A stretch of DNA of 64,000 nt from a virus (IMGVR_UViG_3300026097_001200:32001-96000); one strand, 5' to 3'; numbered from the stretch's first letter, positions 1-9,997 are shown. Numbers and translations are program-made. The notes: generated by a model from the sequence alone, not told the origin.

Positions 1-948
1 ATTGGCGGTGAATACAAATGTCCGGACCTTGATTGGAATTATGTCGAAGCCAAGATTCGTGATACAGTAAAAGAAATTGGCTACGAGCAGGAAGGATTTC
101 ACTGGAGAAACTTTGAGTTCAGCAATCTCATGCACGATCAAAGTTCCGACATTGCACTAGGCACAGATACGTTCGGTGCCGGTGACCAAGGCTTGATGTT
201 TGGATATGCCTGTGACGAAACCAAGGAATACATGCCAAGTGCTATTTACTGGAGTCATGTGATTACACAAGCTCTTACAGATTATCGCAAACAGATGAAA
301 GGCTATGAATGGCTGGGACCAGACAATAAGAGCCAGGTCACAATGCAGTATGACAACAACGGAAAACCTGTTGGCATTGATCGCATTGTTTGCAGTACCC
401 AGCACAGCGAAGATGCAGAGCAGGCATTTGTTAAACATGAAGTAGAAAAAATTATTCGCAGTGTTGTACCACCGCATTTGTTAGAAAACACCTGGTTTTA
501 TATCAATCCAACTGGACGATTTGTGATTGGCGGACCGGACGGCGATGCAGGCGTTACTGGACGAAAGATCATTGTAGACACCTATGGCGGATACAGTCCA
601 CACGGCGGCGGTGCATTCAGTGGCAAGGATCCGAGCAAGGTAGACCGTAGTGCAGCCTACATGGCCCGTTGGCTGGCAAAAAATATTGTAGCCAGTGGCG
701 AAGCCACAGTGTGCACAGTGCAAATTGCTTATGCAATTGGAGAAGCAGAGCCAATGAGTGTGTACGTTAACAGTGACGGCGACAACGATAAACTTACACG
801 TAATATTCGAGAATATGTGGATCTTACTCCTAAAGGAATCATCGATCAGTTTCAACTGTTTCGACCAATTTATCGTAATACAACCAACTACGGTCACTTC
901 GGCAAATCAGATTTACCATGGGAGAAGTTAGATCTCTATGATTACTAA
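1..948 (+). CDS. metK: S-adenosylmethionine synthetase (5'-truncated by window edge)
   Basis: GAGDQGLMFGYA, GGGAFSGKD and NPTGRFVIGGPDGDAG signatures; frame open from base 1 (IGGEYKCP...). Confidence 0.97.
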   Translation: MGGEYKCPDLDWNYVEAKIRDTVKEIGYEQEGFHWRNFEFSNLMHDQSSDIALGTDTFGAGDQGLMFGYACDETKEYMPSAIYWSHVITQALTDYRKQMKGYEWLGPDNKSQVTMQYDNNGKPVGIDRIVCSTQHSEDAEQAFVKHEVEKIIRSVVPPHLLENTWFYINPTGRFVIGGPDGDAGVTGRKIIVDTYGGYSPHGGGAFSGKDPSKVDRSAAYMARWLAKNIVASGEATVCTVQIAYAIGEAEPMSVYVNSDGDNDKLTRNIREYVDLTPKGIIDQFQLFRPIYRNTTNYGHFGKSDLPWEKLDLYDY

Positions 949-2356
949 TACTGCGTATCTATGTAGAAAAGATATTACAATTCAACACAATGATCAAATA
1001 CTGTATCCCGAGCAGATCAATGATCTTATTGAATATTATATGGAGCAGTTCTATGATGCGTTCCACGGAGATACACTGGGCAAAAGTGTACTACTTAATC
1101 CTAACAATTTAGAAATTGTGTATCCAGTGGTTATGGCTGCATGGCGACTGGGCATGGCTACAGCACAGCATGAATTTAACATACTGCAAGCAAATCATCC
1201 AGCATGGCGAGATTTTTATGAATACATTGATTGCTATGTAACAGATGCTACTGACTATGAAATAAACAAGCTAGAGCTCAAGCGTCCTATAATTCATGCA
1301 CAGAGAATTATCACACCCAACGGCTTGCAACCTATACAAAAAGCCACACGTAGAATAGCAGATGTTGAAATAGAATCAACTACAGCAGCAGTGAAAACAC
1401 ACACCAGTGGTACCACTGGCTTTCCTAAAGTGTTAGAGATTTCGCATCACAGTGTGCAGGAAAATGCCCGTGCAATCATCAAAATGTATGATCACAACGA
1501 TCAGGATATCGTCTTGCATCACAAAACCATGCATCACGGTAGTTTGTTTTTAAATTTCGGATTACCCAGTTGGATGATGACCAACAAGCATCATTGTATA
1601 CAAAAAGACAGTAAAGACAGCGGTCGCGATGCATTTTTAACAAAAGCTGTAGAGTATTGTAATAAAAATAAAATCACAAAATGGATGGTTGTGTACAATT
1701 GGATTCGCAGACTGCCAGACCTGGATTTAGAATTTGGTCACGATATTGATCTAGTTACTATACTAGGTCCTACATCAGATGAAATGCATCGTTTACTGCA
1801 AAAAACAAAACCAAGGCGTGTGTATCACAACTTTGGTAACACCGAAGTTGGCAATTTATTTTTAAGTGTCACTGATCTCGGCAACGTCAAAGATTATAAT
1901 CCAAATAGATTTCCTATTCAAAACCCTAGCAGTGAAGTGGTAATACACGATCAAACGTTTGATTGCCGAACAACAGGAAGCGAACGCTGGTACAAAATTG
2001 GGGACAAGCTTGATATGATTAACGGTGTTATGTGGTGGCGCGGGCGCACTGATGCTGTGATCAAACACGATAAAAAAATTAAAGTGCTAGATGTACAAGG
2101 ATTTTTAGAAAAGCATTACAACAGCAGAGAATTTTATGTGGTTGGCAACTATCTAACCAATCAAATGTTTCTAGCATTGTTCGATGACTTGGACACAAGC
2201 AATCTTAACACTGTGTTAAAAGAAGAGTTTGGTATACCAGATCTCCTGGACGATATCAAGCAAGTTCCTTATACAGAATACCTACATGGACAAAAACCAA
2301 GTATGCCACTGTTGTTATACTTGTTTAAAATCGACGAGGATCCAGAATATGTTTGA
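938..2356 (+). CDS. AMP-binding (ANL superfamily) adenylate-forming enzyme, divergent
   Basis: P-loop HTSGTTGFPK, FGNTE, GD and GRTD motifs. Confidence 0.75.
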   Translation: MITNTAYLCRKDITIQHNDQILYPEQINDLIEYYMEQFYDAFHGDTLGKSVLLNPNNLEIVYPVVMAAWRLGMATAQHEFNILQANHPAWRDFYEYIDCYVTDATDYEINKLELKRPIIHAQRIITPNGLQPIQKATRRIADVEIESTTAAVKTHTSGTTGFPKVLEISHHSVQENARAIIKMYDHNDQDIVLHHKTMHHGSLFLNFGLPSWMMTNKHHCIQKDSKDSGRDAFLTKAVEYCNKNKITKWMVVYNWIRRLPDLDLEFGHDIDLVTILGPTSDEMHRLLQKTKPRRVYHNFGNTEVGNLFLSVTDLGNVKDYNPNRFPIQNPSSEVVIHDQTFDCRTTGSERWYKIGDKLDMINGVMWWRGRTDAVIKHDKKIKVLDVQGFLEKHYNSREFYVVGNYLTNQMFLALFDDLDTSNLNTVLKEEFGIPDLLDDIKQVPYTEYLHGQKPSMPLLLYLFKIDEDPEYV

Positions 2357-2717
2357 AAAATTGTTTGGTAACAAAAAACCTAAAAAACCTGCAGAGATTA
2401 AAGAAAAACCTAAAAAGGTAACAAAATCTGCTAAAGAAGTTGCAACAGAAAAAGGCGAACCGTATGTTGCAGTACTCGGGCTAGAACTAGATGAAATGGA
2501 TCCAAGTCAAGGTGCATTCGAACTAGACTGGAACGAAAAATTTGTTGCAAATTTAGTAAGAGCCGGATACCAAGGCAAGACAGATGCTGATATTGTAGAT
2601 CAGTGGTTTCAGAATGTATGTAGACATGTGGTTATGGAGACTTGGGAACAAGATCAAGCACAGCAAGGCACAGGAAACAAGCGAGACCTAGGCGACGGGT
2701 ATACAGAGGTAAGATAA
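2349..2717 (+). CDS. conserved hypothetical phage protein
   Basis: ATG at 2349 (MFEKLFG...) overlapping the upstream gene end is more plausible than 2229; FELDWN motif. Confidence 0.7.
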   Translation: MFEKLFGNKKPKKPAEIKEKPKKVTKSAKEVATEKGEPYVAVLGLELDEMDPSQGAFELDWNEKFVANLVRAGYQGKTDADIVDQWFQNVCRHVVMETWEQDQAQQGTGNKRDLGDGYTEVR

Positions 2718-3391
2718 TGCATATATATTTCAACGGCGATAGCAACATGAGCGGTGCCGAACTAGAAAAAGACGCACCTACTATTGCTAGTACAATATCA
2801 CGCAGACTGCGAGCTACTGAATCTGTAAATCATGCCCGTGGAGGAGCCAGTAACGATTACATATATCGAACCACAGTAGAGTATTTACAAAATAATACGC
2901 CAGATTTTGTTGTTATTGGTGTTACAGAAATGGGACGCGGTGAATGGTTGGTTCCATGGTACGGCGAATTGCAGTATATGCAGGTAAACAATCTCGAAAT
3001 GGTAGATGACGCTATGATTGACGGCAGCGGACTACGTAATCGATACAATCATTGGAAGGAATTCCAGCAACAAACGAAACCATTCCACGAGAGTCAGGCC
3101 TGGTATTGGCACGAAAAATACTATAACCTGCATACCATGTTGCAATATATGAAAATTCCGCACATATTTTTTCATGCTTTTCACACATTTAGAATTTATT
3201 CAAAAGCGTACCAGTTAGATTGGCACGGAAGTTTTGTCGAGCCGTACACCATTGGCGAAACCTATATAAAATGGTGCGAAAAGCATGGATACGAAGAAAT
3301 TACCCCAGGCTGGCATCATTACAACAGCGATGCACAAAGAGCCTGGGCAGATAGATTGTTATCACACGCTACCAAAGAAGGCATACTATGA
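2717..3391 (+). CDS. SGNH/GDSL hydrolase-like protein
   Basis: TAATG-coupled start; FNGDS block I, GGASN block II, C-terminal His (GWHHY). Confidence 0.7.
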   Translation: MHIYFNGDSNMSGAELEKDAPTIASTISRRLRATESVNHARGGASNDYIYRTTVEYLQNNTPDFVVIGVTEMGRGEWLVPWYGELQYMQVNNLEMVDDAMIDGSGLRNRYNHWKEFQQQTKPFHESQAWYWHEKYYNLHTMLQYMKIPHIFFHAFHTFRIYSKAYQLDWHGSFVEPYTIGETYIKWCEKHGYEEITPGWHHYNSDAQRAWADRLLSHATKEGIL

Positions 3392-4083
3392 TACTGTATG
3401 TCAACGGCGACAGTCACACAGCGGCAGCTGAAGCGGTACATCCTGCAGCATTTGCAGAAGACGATCCAGACTATGGACATCTATTGCGTAGACCGCATCC
3501 TGCTAATCTTGCTGTAAGCTGGGGCAGACAGTTAGCAACAATACTGAGTTGCAAATTTACCTGTGATGCCGAGAGTGCTAGCAGTAACGATAGAATCATT
3601 CGTACCACTCGATCTTGGATGCAGCGTAACCGAGACCGAGCTTTGATTATAATTCAGTGGAGTACCTGGGAACGTGAAGAATGGCTGATTGATGATGTAT
3701 ACTACCAGGTTAATGCCAGTGGTGTCGACGAAGTGCCCGAGAGCCATCAGGAGCAGTACAAACAGTTTGTAATAGACGTGGACTGGCAGAAAAAAACTGC
3801 CGAAGCCCATGACAAAATTTGGAACTTTCACTTGGATCTAGAGCAAGCGGGACTAGATCATATTTTCTTCAATGGCAATACCAGTTTTAGCAGTATCAAA
3901 CAAAGAAAAGACTGGGGCACTTGTTATATGGATCCTTACTCAGACCATGGCACATTTCACAATCAGTTGCAAAATGCCGGAGTTCGCACAGTGAATCCGC
4001 ATAGCTATCACTATGGCGAAGACGGCCATAGACAATGGGCAGATATTGTGTTACAGTATATTAGAACTAACAATCTATACTAG
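3388..4083 (+). CDS. SGNH/GDSL hydrolase-like protein
   Basis: VNGDSH, ASSNDRI, SYHYG; paralog of the preceding gene. Confidence 0.7.
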   Translation: MILYVNGDSHTAAAEAVHPAAFAEDDPDYGHLLRRPHPANLAVSWGRQLATILSCKFTCDAESASSNDRIIRTTRSWMQRNRDRALIIIQWSTWEREEWLIDDVYYQVNASGVDEVPESHQEQYKQFVIDVDWQKKTAEAHDKIWNFHLDLEQAGLDHIFFNGNTSFSSIKQRKDWGTCYMDPYSDHGTFHNQLQNAGVRTVNPHSYHYGEDGHRQWADIVLQYIRTNNLY

Positions 4084-4090
4084 GTAGAAT

Positions 4091-5101
4091 ATGAAATATT
4101 TGCTTATTGACACTGCTAATATGTTTTTCCGTGCAAGACACACAGCATACAGAGCCGCCGACGCAGAAGAAAAAGTAGGATGGGCACTGCATGTTACTAT
4201 GAGCAGTGTAAACAAAGTAGTTCAACAGTTTGGTGCAGATCATGTGATATTTGCACTAGAAGGTCGTAGTTGGCGCAAGGATGTCTACGAACCTTATAAA
4301 AAGAATCGCAGTGTAGCAAGAGCCGCACTGTCAGACGCAGAACTTGAAGAAGACAAGATGTTTTGGGAAACTCTAGACGATCTTGTTGATTATCTGCGCA
4401 CACAAACCAATTGCAGTGTTATCCGGCAGCCGGAATCAGAAGCAGATGACATAATTGCAAGATGGATTGATCTGCATCCAGAAGACAAGCACGTTATTGT
4501 CAGCAGTGACACAGACTTTGTGCAACTGTTAAATGATCGTGTTACGCAGTACAATGGCATTGCAGATCAATTGATTTCCACAGAAGGTGTATTTGACGGC
4601 AAAGGCAAGCCTGTTATTGACAAGAAAACCAAAGCCCCAAAAGAAACACCTGATCCAGGTTGGTTGCTTTTCGAAAAATGTATGAGAGGCGACAGCAGTG
4701 ACAATATCTTTTCAGCATATCCTGGTGTACGCAAAAAAGGCACTAAAAACAAAGTGGGACTGTTAGAGGCATACGAAGATCGCGAAAAGCGAGGCTATGC
4801 CTGGAACAATCTCATGCTAAGTCGATGGACTGATCACAACGGCGATGAACATCGTGTGTTAGACGATTACGAACGCAATCGTGCACTCATTGACTTGCAA
4901 GCACAACCGCAACATATCAAGGACGCAGTTGATGTAGCTATTGTGCAAGAATTGGAACAAAAGGAAGTGCCACAAGTAGGCGTGAGATTTATGAAATTTT
5001 GCGGCAAGCACAACTTGGCAAAACTCAGCGAAAGTGCAGAACAGTATGCCAAATGGCTAACAGCCAAATACCAAGGAGATCTTTTAAATGTTAAAAGCTA
5101 A
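4091..5101 (+). CDS. rnh: 5'-3' exonuclease / T4-type RNase H (FEN family)
   Basis: LLID, WRK..Y..YK.NR, EADD, SSDTDF.QL and GDSSDNI motifs. Confidence 0.9.
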   Translation: MKYLLIDTANMFFRARHTAYRAADAEEKVGWALHVTMSSVNKVVQQFGADHVIFALEGRSWRKDVYEPYKKNRSVARAALSDAELEEDKMFWETLDDLVDYLRTQTNCSVIRQPESEADDIIARWIDLHPEDKHVIVSSDTDFVQLLNDRVTQYNGIADQLISTEGVFDGKGKPVIDKKTKAPKETPDPGWLLFEKCMRGDSSDNIFSAYPGVRKKGTKNKVGLLEAYEDREKRGYAWNNLMLSRWTDHNGDEHRVLDDYERNRALIDLQAQPQHIKDAVDVAIVQELEQKEVPQVGVRFMKFCGKHNLAKLSESAEQYAKWLTAKYQGDLLNVKS

Positions 5102-5552
5102 GACAGTGATAGCTGATCGTTATTGGATACTACAAAGCGATTCTAATAAAGTAGGTGAGATTGAACGCAACGACGAAGGCAGTTACAATCTAAAAGTACA
5201 AGGAAGGATAGAACAGTTTAAAACGCTGAACATGATCAATCAGCGACTGTCTACACCTATTAGTTTTGTTGACAGCAAACAAGAAAAACAAAATCAAGAA
5301 TATCAAGTTCACGGATATCCAACCAGTTGCAAACCTTATAATCCATTGTTTAACGTGGTTGACCAACTGCCGATCTTTACCAAAGGGGAACACAGCAAGA
5401 GCTGGTTTGCGGCAGGATGGTATCAGGTAAAGCAAAAAAGCAAATGGAAAACCATTCTTTGTCCTAAACTGATCATGCTAGATCGCTATGAGCACAGAGG
5501 TCCTTTTCGCAGCAAGGACGAAATCATCAGTTCTATCAAGGACAGACTATGA
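5088..5552 (+). CDS. hypothetical phage protein
   Basis: 154-aa ORF coupled to neighbours, AGGAG upstream. Confidence 0.7.
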   Translation: MLKAKTVIADRYWILQSDSNKVGEIERNDEGSYNLKVQGRIEQFKTLNMINQRLSTPISFVDSKQEKQNQEYQVHGYPTSCKPYNPLFNVVDQLPIFTKGEHSKSWFAAGWYQVKQKSKWKTILCPKLIMLDRYEHRGPFRSKDEIISSIKDRL

Positions 5553-5752
5553 GTTTGTATATCAAGCGTTTTGCAGAGCGGGTGCAAACACTTGACAGCA
5601 GACAGGCCAAGGATTTTACTTGGCCTATCCGTGATGCAAAAAATCTGCAAACTGAGTTGTTAAAGTTACTCAGTGACTTAGATGAACTGCGTAACAGTGA
5701 AAAAGAGCAGATTGACACCATTGAAGTTCAAGTACAGGGCGGAAAGTGGTAA
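5549..5752 (+). CDS. hypothetical protein
   Basis: ATGA overlap with upstream gene. Confidence 0.65.
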   Translation: MSLYIKRFAERVQTLDSRQAKDFTWPIRDAKNLQTELLKLLSDLDELRNSEKEQIDTIEVQVQGGKW

Positions 5753-5776
5753 TAAATATGCTTACAAGGTGATAAA

Positions 5777-6070
5777 GTGAGTAGACCAAAACCGCAGGTA
5801 CTGGCGGAAAAAGCCAACAAAGACAGCTATAAAAACGAGCAGGTTCTTGCCAGCGACGGTATCTGGGCAGTGTTCTACGACGGTACACCTATTAATCTCA
5901 AAACTAGTAATCTTCTCACACAGTACCCGGGTCCGAAATATAAAAAAGTTAGTTTTAGTAACCCAGGGCATGCTATTAACTTGGCTAAAAAACTCAACAG
6001 TCAGTTTGACACCGATCTATTTTCTGTATACCTGTTGCGTGATGGCGAAAAAATCTACCCTGAAAAATGA
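5777..6070 (+). CDS. conserved hypothetical phage protein
   Basis: GTG start after AAGGTG; TAAATA at 5753. Confidence 0.7.
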   Translation: MSRPKPQVLAEKANKDSYKNEQVLASDGIWAVFYDGTPINLKTSNLLTQYPGPKYKKVSFSNPGHAINLAKKLNSQFDTDLFSVYLLRDGEKIYPEK

Positions 6071-6428
6071 AATCTTCTGGGAAGCATTCGACCAGTGGGA
6101 ACAGAAAGATTGCACGTGGACAGAAGCCTGGGCTCGATGGTGGCAGGACAAAAGAAGCAACGACAATCTTCACCTTGCTTGGCCTGGCATAAAAGCATTC
6201 ACTAAAGATCTTAAACGTCCGCATTGGTACATTCCGTTTAACACTGTTAACAAAACACCTAGAGATATGCTGGCAGTCAAACAGCATGTTCGAGGACCTT
6301 ACGGATTTGTGTCGCACGGCAATCCTAGAACCATGTGCCTAATAGTGTTTGACGCTAAAACTGCTAGCCTACTGAGTCTTTATGATTCTGCTGATAAATG
6401 GCTTGACAGCCTGCGAGATTCCAAGTAA
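6042..6428 (+). CDS. hypothetical protein
   Basis: ATG at 6042 (MAKKSTLKN...) avoids the long overlap implied by the 5847 start. Confidence 0.55.
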   Translation: MAKKSTLKNEIFWEAFDQWEQKDCTWTEAWARWWQDKRSNDNLHLAWPGIKAFTKDLKRPHWYIPFNTVNKTPRDMLAVKQHVRGPYGFVSHGNPRTMCLIVFDAKTASLLSLYDSADKWLDSLRDSK

Positions 6429-6431
6429 ACT
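6403..6431 (+). promoter_or_regulatory. sigma70-type early promoter
   Basis: TTGACA-17 bp-TAAACT, followed by AGGA RBS and ORF 6464. Confidence 0.7.
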
Positions 6432-6463
6432 AAGTGTAAATTGGAAATACAGGACTAGACACC

Positions 6464-6664
6464 TTGACTTTATCCGAAGATAGATTGGCTGTTGCCGAAG
6501 CAGTGCTGTGCGGAGATATCAGTGCTGACTATTTGACCGACCGAGAAATTGTGTTGCTTGCAATGAGAGCACAGGAGTTGGCATTTGAACGACAGCTGGA
6601 AAAGCACTACAAACAAAATCCTGGTTTGACATTTTCTGGCACTGAAACGGAGCAAAGGCACTGA
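6464..6664 (+). CDS. hypothetical protein
   Basis: TTG start after AGGA; stop overlaps next ATG. Confidence 0.55.
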   Translation: MTLSEDRLAVAEAVLCGDISADYLTDREIVLLAMRAQELAFERQLEKHYKQNPGLTFSGTETEQRH

Positions 6665-8421
6665 TGAAAACATTCAACTATCACAGCACCAACCTGCACT
6701 ACAGCGAACTGGCAAGTGATCCGCAGTACAGCAATGTGGAGTTTCAGTTTTCGCAGCAATATGTCATCCGTGATGACGTCAATGGTGACGGCTATCTGGA
6801 CATAGTGAATTTTCCAAACTTGGGCAATGAACCATTGATCGAAGAGCCACGACCAAAGCCCATTGCCTGGATCTGGGAGCCAACAACAGGCGAATACGTT
6901 GATCAAAGCGAAACCATCTTTGAGAATTGGGATGCAGTGGACTTGGCTTTTGTTCGAGACATTGCACAAGGTGACTTTGACGGCGATGGCGATCAGGACT
7001 ATGTGTTACTGGACCCTGGATTCGAAAACAGAATTCTATATCCGATCGCAAGAAATAAGCCCGGCGGCGAATTGCACTATATCGAAAATACAGAATCAGG
7101 ACTGCGATGGGCAGACGAAGTATTTGATCAGTCCAGTCGAAGCTTTAACCACATTGGCGATTCGGCTGATTTCGACGGTGATGGTGATATTGATATTGGC
7201 ATTGCAAAGTTTACTCATAAAACCACACATGCGCCTCATATTGCTATTAACAACGGCGATGGCAGTTGGACCGTAGAAAAAGACATGTTTTCTGGCAATC
7301 CAGCAAAACCAGTCAGTGGCATGGGGTTTGTGGAACTGGCCGATGGCAGAACAGCAGTGGCAGCCGGCTTTTACTTCAACGAAAATGCCAATACCGAAAA
7401 CCAATTGTGGGTTTATAACAGCAGCACTGAACAGTTTGAGTTCTACGATACATACAAGCAGATTCCAAATCGCGGCGCGGTGGATCACGTTAACATTGAC
7501 GTAAACAACGACGGTCTCAAAGACCTAGTGATTATGTACGAGGGATATATTGAAATTGACAATCAAACAAGCGATTACTACCAGATTCTACTCCAAAACG
7601 AAGACAGCGAATTTGTAGAGCACCAGGTAATTGCAAACGATGCAGGTAATCACGTCAGCGGGCACCTACAGTTCGATGACTTGAACAATGATGGCTATGT
7701 TGATTTCATTATTGATAAATGGCGTATTGAGTTTAACAACGACGCAGAGTGGCAACAGGCAAACCGTGTGTTCTATGTAAACAACGGAGACGGCAGTTTC
7801 TCACAGGCACCTGCTACAAACTTCAACTTCACTGATGTGTCCGGTGAGTTCGTCTACAGTGAAAACGGTGTGCAACTAACGGACGGCATCGAAGAGTACA
7901 ATTTCAACATGTACCACGATGTAAACCAGGATGGACTGGTGGACCTGATTCAGTTTGGAACCGAGACTCCGGTGGACACACACTGGGCAGAAAAACAGGT
8001 AGGAGAACGAGCCACAGTGTACCTAGGGTCACTGACCATGGAACAGCTGGTTGACGATGTGGAACATGAACCGCTCAGCAGTGATCAAGGCTGGGTGGTC
8101 AAGCTCATAGACACACTGTTCACAGACCAAGAACAGCAGCAGTTTGAGTTGGTGCAAACCGGTGTGGATTTTCTCAATCAAGGCATGAGCAAACAGGAGA
8201 TTGCTGCTGCCGCCGCATCTTTCACCAGCGGCGACGACAACAGTGTATTGATGGAAAAGATCTGGCTTGAACTGTTTGGAACAGAAATCAGCACTGGTGA
8301 CCTGGCATATTGGAGCAACGCCATTGACAGTGGCTTGTACTCACAGGGCGATATTGCATTGTTAGCTGTTGACTATTACAACCTTGGCACTGCAAGTCTC
8401 AGCGATTTGTTTTATTCATGA
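6664..8421 (+). CDS. FG-GAP/VCBS-repeat Ca-binding beta-propeller protein with C-terminal DUF4214-like region
   Basis: DVNGDGYLD, DFDGDGDQD, DFDGDGDID, DVNNDGLKD, DLNNDGYVD, DVNQDGLVD and NNGDG repeats; LAYWSNAIDSG tail. Confidence 0.8.
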   Translation: MKTFNYHSTNLHYSELASDPQYSNVEFQFSQQYVIRDDVNGDGYLDIVNFPNLGNEPLIEEPRPKPIAWIWEPTTGEYVDQSETIFENWDAVDLAFVRDIAQGDFDGDGDQDYVLLDPGFENRILYPIARNKPGGELHYIENTESGLRWADEVFDQSSRSFNHIGDSADFDGDGDIDIGIAKFTHKTTHAPHIAINNGDGSWTVEKDMFSGNPAKPVSGMGFVELADGRTAVAAGFYFNENANTENQLWVYNSSTEQFEFYDTYKQIPNRGAVDHVNIDVNNDGLKDLVIMYEGYIEIDNQTSDYYQILLQNEDSEFVEHQVIANDAGNHVSGHLQFDDLNNDGYVDFIIDKWRIEFNNDAEWQQANRVFYVNNGDGSFSQAPATNFNFTDVSGEFVYSENGVQLTDGIEEYNFNMYHDVNQDGLVDLIQFGTETPVDTHWAEKQVGERATVYLGSLTMEQLVDDVEHEPLSSDQGWVVKLIDTLFTDQEQQQFELVQTGVDFLNQGMSKQEIAAAAASFTSGDDNSVLMEKIWLELFGTEISTGDLAYWSNAIDSGLYSQGDIALLAVDYYNLGTASLSDLFYS

Positions 8422-9127
8422 AATCTAGGATTTCAGCAGACAGTTGCTCATGTGCTTCTCGACCGGGATGTACACCGTCAGGAAATAACAAGCTTTCTTC
8501 CATGGCGGCAAAAATTTGTGCTACATTAGACAGTTCAGTATTTTTTGTTTCGGCACTGTCTAGATTTTTTCCGAACTCAAAAATATTAATGTTCAACAAA
8601 TTTTGAGTTTCAGGCAAATCTGGCATATTTAAAAGTTTGTTTCTCCAAGAGTTTACGGTATATACTGGATCTGGAATATATTCTGAGAATTCTGGTTGCA
8701 CAACAGGTGCTTGTCCTTCAATTAGCATAATATTGTTTATTTTATATTTTTCTATAATCTTTTTAATTTTGCCATATGATTCGTTTGCGGCTTCTTTTAT
8801 TGAAGATTGGAACATCCATTCTTTATTATTTTGCCATATATCTTGCATATTATTTTTATAGTCTCTGAGAATTTCAGCGTGGAACCATATGACTAAATCT
8901 GAATCATTGAAAATAGCTTCTTCGCTACCGTCGATAAAATTTTCCATGTATGTCCAAGACTTAAGATTGCCCTCTCCTATAAAGCCGAAATTATACACTC
9001 TGTAACCATGTTTTTCTAATATACCATGTATATGTCCGTTAACTAATGTGTCAGTGCCTTCTATTCGCCACATTGATTCTGCCCAGCTATCACCTAATAT
9101 AAAAATTGCAGGCTTACGTGTATTCAT
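8399..9127 (-). CDS. SGNH/GDSL hydrolase-like protein
   Basis: ILGDSW and FPDGVHP (DxxH). Confidence 0.75.
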   Translation of the reverse strand: MNTRKPAIFILGDSWAESMWRIEGTDTLVNGHIHGILEKHGYRVYNFGFIGEGNLKSWTYMENFIDGSEEAIFNDSDLVIWFHAEILRDYKNNMQDIWQNNKEWMFQSSIKEAANESYGKIKKIIEKYKINNIMLIEGQAPVVQPEFSEYIPDPVYTVNSWRNKLLNMPDLPETQNLLNINIFEFGKNLDSAETKNTELSNVAQIFAAMEESLLFPDGVHPGREAHEQLSAEILDFMNKTNR

Positions 9128-9857
9128 TATGTGTCATCCTATTTAAAAAATTAATAATTCTATCAGCTAATTGTTTATACGGCCTTGGCCCAGGATGTGC
9201 ATTATCTGGAAACATTGGACTATCGTTCATAGCTTTTAGTATTTGTATTTGATTTTCTAGTTCTTTTACCTTAGTTTCGTTACTATCCAAATTTAATCCC
9301 ATCTCGAACATGTCGCTTGGTAGTCCTAAAAATTTAGAATCAGGCAGGTTTGGCATATCGAGTATTTTATTTCTCCAGGATTTAACTGTATAAACTGGTT
9401 CTGGTATATATTTAGAAAATTCAGGCTCTACCACTGACGCCTGCCCTTCTACTAAAAAGATATTATCAATTTTAAATTCAGAAATAATATCACTTATTTC
9501 TCGATAAACTTTTTTAGCTGTAATATGTACTAGGTCATGTAATTTCCATTCCCAATTGTCAATTGGCCATCCATTTTTTTCCTGTGATGGATTAATTAGA
9601 AAACTATTTAAATCTCTGATTGGTGTAGTATGAAACCATACTATTAAATCAGGTTTTTCCAATTTTAAAATAAAATTTTTATATAAGTTCCATGAGTGAT
9701 AATTGGACATACCAATTGTACCAAAATTATAAACAGCGCATCCTTTTTTTTCTAATAAACCAGTTAAATGTCCATTTACCAAAGTGGTAGTTCCGGCACA
9801 GCGCCACATCGATTCTGCCCAACAATCACCTAGTATTACAATTTTTTTTTGATTCAC
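9114..9857 (-). CDS. SGNH/GDSL hydrolase-like protein (GDC variant)
   Basis: ILGDCW and FPDNAHP; tandem paralog of 8399-9127. Confidence 0.72.
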   Translation of the reverse strand: MNQKKIVILGDCWAESMWRCAGTTTLVNGHLTGLLEKKGCAVYNFGTIGMSNYHSWNLYKNFILKLEKPDLIVWFHTTPIRDLNSFLINPSQEKNGWPIDNWEWKLHDLVHITAKKVYREISDIISEFKIDNIFLVEGQASVVEPEFSKYIPEPVYTVKSWRNKILDMPNLPDSKFLGLPSDMFEMGLNLDSNETKVKELENQIQILKAMNDSPMFPDNAHPGPRPYKQLADRIINFLNRMTHNEYT

Positions 9858-9994
9858 CCTTGTCCTCGGTAGCGTTTTTTAACTGTGTTTTTACCTTTAT
9901 AACTGCTACGAGGACTATGTCCTATACTGGTACGTTTTTTTACACTGCGTTCACTGATTAATGTACTTTGCGTTGAAGATTTTTTTGTTGCCAT
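9854..9994 (-). CDS. small basic protein (46 aa, ends KKRYRGQG), absent from ORF track
   Basis: Hand translation MATKKSSTQSTLISERSVKKRTSIGHSPRSSYKGKNTVKKRYRGQG; fills the gap exactly, GTGA overlap with next gene. Confidence 0.75.
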   Translation of the reverse strand: MATKKSSTQSTLISERSVKKRTSIGHSPRSSYKGKNTVKKRYRGQG

Positions 9995-9997
9995 AAT

